The notes beneath the pieces are model-generated. The model was not told where the DNA came from. It made no database searches and saw nothing but the letters and a program-made list of their open reading frames with translations. From an uncultured Candidatus Binatia bacterium (GTDB lineage Bacteria; Desulfobacterota; Binatia; UBA9968; JAJDTQ01), in NCBI GenBank assembly GCA_965215605.1, contig OZ244070.1, forward strand, positions 352,001 through 416,000: DNA of 64,000 nucleotides. The letters run 5' to 3'. Each line of letters opens with the position of its first letter. Position 1 is the first letter of the stretch. Positions 58,237-64,000 of the stretch are shown here, piece by piece. The position numbers and the translations under genes are program-made.

Positions 58237-59097
58237 TCAGTAACCCTGGTCGAGGATCCAGTTGGCGATCTCGATCCTCCTGGCGAACCAGACGTCGGAG
58301 AAGCCCTTGGCGTACTTGATGAACTCGTCGATGATCTTGGTCCGGTAGGGCACGCCGGATACGAACGGATGGAGGTTGAACGCGAAGAACTTCGGCGCTC
58401 CCTGCTCTCCTTCCCAGTACAGGTAGTCGAACTGGTCCTTCATGATCTGGAGGAGATCCCTGGGCGTGCGCCCGCCGCCGTAGGTGGAGTAGTCGTTGCA
58501 GCCAGGCACGTTATAGGGCACCACCGCGACCTTGCGGCCCCCCGCCTCGACGGTATAGGGGACGTCCGAATTCAGAGGATCGGCCCACCACACGAAGCCC
58601 GCTTCCGCCACCAGCTCCAGGGTGTTGTCGGTGGACGCGTGACCCGGCGACAGGTAGCCCGTGGGCGGCGCCCCGAGCACATTCTTGAAAGCGGCAACGG
58701 TGTCCTGGATCGACTTCCGCTCCTCCTCCCTAGTGTACATGAAGGCGTACTCGTGCTCGTAGCACTCCGAGGAGAACTCGTGCCCCTGGGCCTGGAACTC
58801 CTTGCACTCGTCGGGGAACTGCTCGACCTTCTTGCCGTTCATGAGGAATGTGGCCTTGAGGTTGTGCCGCTCGAACATGTCCATGATGCGCCAGATGCCC
58901 ACCCGGTCGCCATACTCGCGCTCGGTCACCGCGGCCATGTTCTGCTTGAAGACCGCGTTCTCCGGCGGCAGCGGATGGCTGACCCGCTGAAGCGAGCCGC
59001 GGGTGGCGTAGTTGTCGGGCCATACTTCCCAGGGGATGATGAAAGTGACGCATATCTTGGCGTTGTCCGGCCACTGGATGGGGCTCGGTCTGGGCAT
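58237..59097 (-). CDS. Polysaccharide deacetylase / PuuE-like family protein
   Basis: WPDNAK, EYGDRVGIWRI, GYLSPG, LKDQFD-like MKDQFDYLY.EG, LHPFVSG.PYR, VWFA. Confidence 0.88.
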   Translation of the reverse strand: MPRPSPIQWPDNAKICVTFIIPWEVWPDNYATRGSLQRVSHPLPPENAVFKQNMAAVTEREYGDRVGIWRIMDMFERHNLKATFLMNGKKVEQFPDECKEFQAQGHEFSSECYEHEYAFMYTREEERKSIQDTVAAFKNVLGAPPTGYLSPGHASTDNTLELVAEAGFVWWADPLNSDVPYTVEAGGRKVAVVPYNVPGCNDYSTYGGGRTPRDLLQIMKDQFDYLYWEGEQGAPKFFAFNLHPFVSGVPYRTKIIDEFIKYAKGFSDVWFARRIEIANWILDQGY

Positions 59098-59314
59098 GGT
59101 GAAATCTCCTCTCGTCCGATGTTGCTGAAATTCGGTGCACAGGCCTGCGGAAGGCAGTGTAGCCCCAACTATAACCAGTGCGGATTTGTGGGGCAAACAG
59201 GTGCCACGACCGCCGCGGTGACAACCGGAAACTGTTGATTTTCATAGCTGCAGCGGTAAAGGTTATCGCCAGGAAACGTACCATGGCGAACGGAATGGAA
59301 GAGCGGATGACCGG

Positions 59315-60574
59315 GTGTCCGTGATGGGCAGCCGGACGAGGACAGGCACGGTGTTGGCGGCGGCCCTTCTCCTGGCCGGCGGCGTCGCCGGCCCTCTGCC
59401 GGGCGCTCAAGCGCTGACATCCAACCAAGCAGCCTACCACAAATTCGTCAAGGAGTTCCGCACGGTTGCCCGTCGCAACGGCATCCCGGGGACGCTCTAC
59501 GACCGCGCGTTCCGCGGCCTGACCCCCGACCCGGAAGTCATCCAGAGGAACGACCGGCAGCCCGAGTTCGTGCTGCCGCCGTCCCACTACGTGGCGCTGG
59601 TGGTCACGGACACGCGCATCAGGGAGGGCCGCCGGAAACTCTCCGAGTACCGCGCCGACCTGGATGAAATCGAACGGCGATACGGCGTGGACCGCCACGT
59701 GCTGGTGGCCGTCTGGGGCATGGAAACGCTGTATGGAGCGCTTCGCGGCAAGCGCAACGTCATTCGGTCGCTCTCCACTCTGGCCTACAAGGGACGTCGG
59801 GCGCGGTTCGGGCGCAAGCAATTGCTGGCGGCGTTCAAGATCCTCAAGACGGGCGACATCACCCTCGACCGGATGACCGGCTCATGGGCCGGGGCCATGG
59901 GCCACACGCAGTTCATCCCCACCAGCTACGAAGCATACGCGGTGGACTTTACGGGCGACGGCCGCCGCGACATCTGGGACACGCCGCAGGACGCGCTCGC
60001 ATCCACGGCCAACTACCTGCGGCGAAACGGCTGGTTGTCCGGACGACCCTGGGGACATCAGGTGGTCCTGCCGGAAGGTTTCGACGCCGGACTCGCCGGC
60101 TCGAAGAACGAAACAGAGCTCCGTCATTGGGCACGTGCCGGCCTTCGGCGCGCCGACAACCGGGTCTTTTCCCATTCCCGGGACTTGGCCTACCTCTACC
60201 TGCCGGCGGGGGCGCGCGGGCCGGCTTTCCTGCTGCGCCAAAACTTCCGGTCGATCATGCGTTACAACCCCGCGCACAAGTACGCGCTGGCGGTGGGGCA
60301 TCTCGCCGACCGGTTGCAGGGCAAAGCGACCGGCCTGACGTGGCCCGACGGCATCGGCCCCATGGCGGAACCGGAACGCAAGGAGTTGCAGCGGCTGCTG
60401 GCGGCGAGGGGATACGACATCGGTGAGATCGACGGGATCATCGGCGCCAAGACCCGCGCCGCCATCCGGGACTACCAACGGAAGACGCGGCTTTCGGTGG
60501 ACGGGTTCCCGCGGCGGGAGATCCTCCGGCTCCTGCGTTCCGACGCCTCCGCCGCCGTGCCGCTCCGCGAATAG
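59315..60574 (+). CDS. Lytic murein transglycosylase (MltB/SLT_2) with peptidoglycan-binding domain
   Basis: QPEF, WGMET.YG, GSWAGAMGHTQFIPTSY, DFTGDGRRDIW, RYN, IDGIIG.KTR.AIR.YQ. Confidence 0.93.
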   Translation: MSVMGSRTRTGTVLAAALLLAGGVAGPLPGAQALTSNQAAYHKFVKEFRTVARRNGIPGTLYDRAFRGLTPDPEVIQRNDRQPEFVLPPSHYVALVVTDTRIREGRRKLSEYRADLDEIERRYGVDRHVLVAVWGMETLYGALRGKRNVIRSLSTLAYKGRRARFGRKQLLAAFKILKTGDITLDRMTGSWAGAMGHTQFIPTSYEAYAVDFTGDGRRDIWDTPQDALASTANYLRRNGWLSGRPWGHQVVLPEGFDAGLAGSKNETELRHWARAGLRRADNRVFSHSRDLAYLYLPAGARGPAFLLRQNFRSIMRYNPAHKYALAVGHLADRLQGKATGLTWPDGIGPMAEPERKELQRLLAARGYDIGEIDGIIGAKTRAAIRDYQRKTRLSVDGFPRREILRLLRSDASAAVPLRE

Positions 60575-60682
60575 GCTTGCGAAACCGCTCAGCGGGTTCT
60601 ATCGTCGCTGGCGGGTGGAACGCGCGGGCATCGGCCTCACCGGGATGCCCGGCACGACGGGGAAAGGAAACGGAGAACGGAA

Positions 60683-61516
60683 ATGCCAATAGCCGAGCTG
60701 GACGGACTGGACATCTACTACGAGCGGCAGGGAGCCGGCGAGCCCGTGCTGTTCGTGCCGGCATCATGGTGGCCGTCGGACCCCTGGAAACTCCAGGTGG
60801 TCCCCACCCTGAGCCAAAACTGGGAGACCGTGATCATGGACTGCCGCGGCACCGGCCGCAGCAGCCAACCCGAGGACGGCTATACGGTCAGCCAATTCGC
60901 CGAGGACTGCGCCGCGCTGCTGGCGCATCTCGACATTTCACGGTGCCACGTGGTGGGCTTCGCCATGGGCAGCCAGGTCCTCCAGGCCCTGGCCATCCAG
61001 CGGCCCGACCTCGTGGCCACCCTCACCATGTCCGCCAGCGGCCCGGGGTCCAGGACCCTCGGCGGCGACCCACGGGAACTGTCTTCCGATGCCGCCGGGG
61101 AGATCCAGGAGATGGGATTCGAGCAATACATACGCTCCCACGTGGACAACGACGGCATGGCGTTCAACCCATCGTTCTATCACGCCAACCGCGAAGCCGC
61201 CGCGGCCCTGTCCGATGCCCTGTGGTCGGGACAGTCCACGGTGGAAATGTTTCGCCGCCACGAGCTCGCCCGTCTGAGCTGGGATGCCCTGGCCAGGTCC
61301 CCGGAGGTCAAGGTGCCGACACTGGTGCTCTGCGGCGAAGACGACGAGGTCGAGCGGCGCGGCAGCACCCCGGTGGGCACCGCGCGGCTACTGGGCCAAG
61401 CCATACCCGGAGCCGAGCTGGCGCTCATACCCGGGGTCCGGCACATGACCTTCTGGGACGGCACCGGCGCGCTGGAGGCACTGAAGGATTTCCTGGCGCG
61501 CCATCCGATCGGATAG
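60683..61516 (+). CDS. Alpha/beta fold hydrolase
   Basis: DCRGTGRS, GFAMG (Ala at the nucleophile position), PTLVLCGEDD, terminal His. Confidence 0.85.
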   Translation: MPIAELDGLDIYYERQGAGEPVLFVPASWWPSDPWKLQVVPTLSQNWETVIMDCRGTGRSSQPEDGYTVSQFAEDCAALLAHLDISRCHVVGFAMGSQVLQALAIQRPDLVATLTMSASGPGSRTLGGDPRELSSDAAGEIQEMGFEQYIRSHVDNDGMAFNPSFYHANREAAAALSDALWSGQSTVEMFRRHELARLSWDALARSPEVKVPTLVLCGEDDEVERRGSTPVGTARLLGQAIPGAELALIPGVRHMTFWDGTGALEALKDFLARHPIG

Positions 61517-61578
61517 GGGCAGCCTGCTTGGTTCCATGGGCAGTTGCCACAGCTCATCCGCATACATTGGAGAACCTG

Positions 61579-63629
61579 ATGCCGTACGTCGTCGCCGTGG
61601 ACATCGGGGGCACCTTCACCGACCTGGTGGCATTCGATCACGAGACCGGCGCCGCGACGTACACGAAAAGTCCAACCACCTACGATGATTTCGTCGAGGG
61701 CATCCTTGACTGTTTCAACAAGGGCAACCTGGCGCCCGCCGATGCCGGCTTCCTCAATCACGGAACCACGCTGGTCATCAACTCGTTGATACAGCGTCGC
61801 GGGGCGAAGTGCGCGCTGGTAACCTCGGCGGGTTTTCGCGATGTTCTGGAAATCGCCCGTGCCAACCGTCCCGACCCCTTCGACCTGCACTATCAGAGGG
61901 ACGAGCCGCTGATCCCGCGCGAGCTGCGCTTCGAGGTGCCCGAACGGATCGACGCCAACGGCACGGTGCTGGTACCGCTGGATCAGGCGTCGCTCAGAGC
62001 GCTGGCGGAGGATCTGAAGCGGCTCAAGATCGAGGCGGTGGCGGTCTTCTTCATGAATTCGTATCTCGATCCAGCCCACGAAGAACAGGCGGCCGCCATC
62101 CTGAAGCGATCGCTCCCCGGGGTCTACGTGACCTACAGCACCGAGCTCACGCGCGAATGGTACGAGTACGAGCGCACCTCCACCGTCGCCGCCAACGCCT
62201 ACGTCGGACCACAGGTCGATGCCTATGTCCGCCGTCTGGAGAATGACTTCCGCGCGAAGGGCCATGACGGCTCGCTTTTCATGATGGGATCGAACGGCGG
62301 ACTGTTGTCGGTGGACCGCACCTGCCGCCACCCCATCGGACTGGTGGAGTCCGGACCCATCGGCGGCTGCATAGGCGCCGGCGCCTATGCCGAGGCCCTC
62401 GGCATCGACAACGTCGTCGCCTTCGACATGGGCGGCACCACGGCGAAATGCGCGTTGGTCGAGAACGGGCGTTTCACCGTCGAATCGGTCTACTACGTGA
62501 ACGGCTACGTCCAGGGCTTCCCCATCAAGTGGCCGGTGATCGACATTGTCGAGGTCGGCTCCGGCGGCGGCTCCATCGCGTGGCTGGACGACCAGGACCG
62601 GCTCCATGTCGGACCCCGGAGCGCCGGCTCGACGCCCGGCCCGGTGTGCTACGAACGCGGCGGGACCGAGCCTACCGTCACCGACGCCAATCTTGTGCTT
62701 GGACGGCTCAACCCCCACCGGTTCCTGGGCGGCGAGTTGACCCTGGGACTCGATTCCGCCCGCCACGCCATCGCCGCGAAGACTGCCGCGCCGCTCGACT
62801 ACCGCGGCGAGGAAGGGTTGATCCGCACGGCCGACGGTATCGTCTCCATCGCCACCGTGCTGATGGCCGGCGCGGTCCGCCAGGTTTCGGTAGAACATGG
62901 ACTCGACCCGCGCGATTTCGAGCTGTTCGCCTATGGCGGCGGCGGGCCGCTGCATGCCTCCGCGCTGGCGCGCGAGCTGTCCATCCCGACGGTCGTCATC
63001 CCCCCGGAACCCGGCAACTTCTCCGCCATCGGCATGCTGTTGGCGGACGCGCGGATCGACACGTCGGAGACCTTTACCGGCATCCTCGACGATGCGCTGA
63101 CAGCCGGGATGGACGCCGGCTTCCGCAAGATGGAGGCCGACGCCGCGGATGCCCTTCGCCGGGATTTCGGCGCCCGCGATGTCTATTTCGAACGCAAGGC
63201 CGAGATGCGCTACCACGGACAAAGGCCAACATTCATGTGCCCATCACCGGCTTGCGCACCGTGACCGAGATCAGAGAGGCCTTCGAGCGCGACTACAAGC
63301 GGCGCTATGGCCACGCCGATTCGAAGGCGGCGACGGAGCTTCAGGCCCTGCACCTGTCAGCCTTCGCCAGACTCCGCCGGCCGGACATCGCCGACCTGCG
63401 GCGCAGGAAACCGTCAGGCGCGCCAACGAGCCCGCATACCCGGCCGGTCTATTTCAACGGCAACGAAGGTGCGGCCGAGACGGCCATCTACGACCGCGAC
63501 GCACTGGAGCCGGGGTTCGCGGCGGAAGGGCCCGCGATCATCGAAGAGTACGGCTCGACGACGCTCATCTGGCCGGGCGACCGCTTCGAAATCGGCCGAA
63601 TGGGCGAAATCCGTATCGGTTGCGGCTAG
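61579..63629 (+). pseudogene. Hydantoinase/oxoprolinase A subunit, frameshifted near 63226 (pseudogene or sequencing error)
   Basis: VDIGGTFTD, HGTT, ESGP, DMGGTT, GGGS, PGP.CY, YGGGG; RYHGQR continues in another frame as NIHVP...GPAIIEEYGSTT. Confidence 0.85.
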
Positions 63630-63636
63630 CCGCGGA

Positions 63637-63703
63637 CCGTCATTCCCGCGAAAGCGGGAATCCAGGAGTTGGGAGGGGATTCCCGCTTTCGCGGGAATGG
63701 CGG
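63637..63703. repeat. REP/dRS3-like nested palindrome
   Basis: GTCATTCCCGCGAAAGCGGGAATCC ... GGATTCCCGCTTTCGCGGGAATGGC, two inverted ATTCCC-N8-GGGAAT units. Confidence 0.8.
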
Positions 63704-63743
63704 AGAGGGACGTGGGAATCACGAGCGGCGCACCCAGAGAAGA

Positions 63744-64000
63744 ATGATGAGCAGCAGAACCGCCACACAAGTCCCGGGAACCTCTTCCCGAATCGACCCC
63801 ATCACCCTCGAGGTGATCCGTTGCGGCGTCGTTTCCATCACCAACCAGATCGACGCCAACATCACGCGCACGGCGTTCAGTTCCTACGTCTACGAGTACA
63901 AGGACTTCGCCGTCGGACTGGTGGACGTGAACGGGCAGCTCGTGGCCCAGTCGACCGGGGGCATGCCGCCCTTCGTCGCCGATGCCGTGGGCACCGCGGT
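63744..64000 (+). CDS. Hydantoinase B/oxoprolinase subunit (partial, runs off the window)
   Basis: IDPITLEVIR...RTAFSSYVYEYKDFAVGL; follows the A subunit; absent from the ORF track. Confidence 0.88.
   Translation, partial: MMSSRTATQVPGTSSRIDPITLEVIRCGVVSITNQIDANITRTAFSSYVYEYKDFAVGLVDVNGQLVAQSTGGMPPFVADAVGTA

Noticed and set aside
60577-61578. N-terminal extension of the hydantoinase ORF
   Set aside because: Off-frame overlap with the alpha/beta hydrolase; homology starts at ATG 61579

Overview
High-GC bacterial window. The many LLM, amidohydrolase, TRAP and 4,5-dihydroxyphthalate-decarboxylase-like genes plus a secreted ankyrin protein suggest a Binatota/Deltaproteobacteria-like, possibly host-associated organism (inference). 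Most of the window is catabolic/accessory metabolism plus a DUF58-BatA/vWA-DUF4159-GATase operon. Main items of interest: (1) a six-gene operon at 51718-58220 joining a DUF692/MNIO enzyme and its partner to an HlyB/HlyD type I secretion pair, a TauD-family oxygenase and a degenerate SDR; no adjacent precursor is visible and the TauD+SDR pair has a second diverged copy at 143-1918; (2) a defence island at about 22.8-35.8 kb with a five-gene CoCoNuT-like system (SF1 helicase-DUF559, TM-anchored coiled-coil protein, TM-coiled-coil McrB, DUF2357 McrC-like, Hsp70-like), flanked by orphan antitoxins and an internally deleted Rpn; (3) a hidden GrdB/PrdB-like selenoprotein (17251-18045) with an in-frame UGA, UxxC motif and SECIS-like hairpin, split in the ORF track; (4) a Cas2/VapD-like + PIN gene pair abutting a truncated TctC remnant. 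Also present are pseudogene fragments, a frameshifted hydantoinase/oxoprolinase A gene and REP-like palindromes. No rRNA, tRNA or CRISPR array was seen. All family calls are by-eye motif recognition; no database searches were run.
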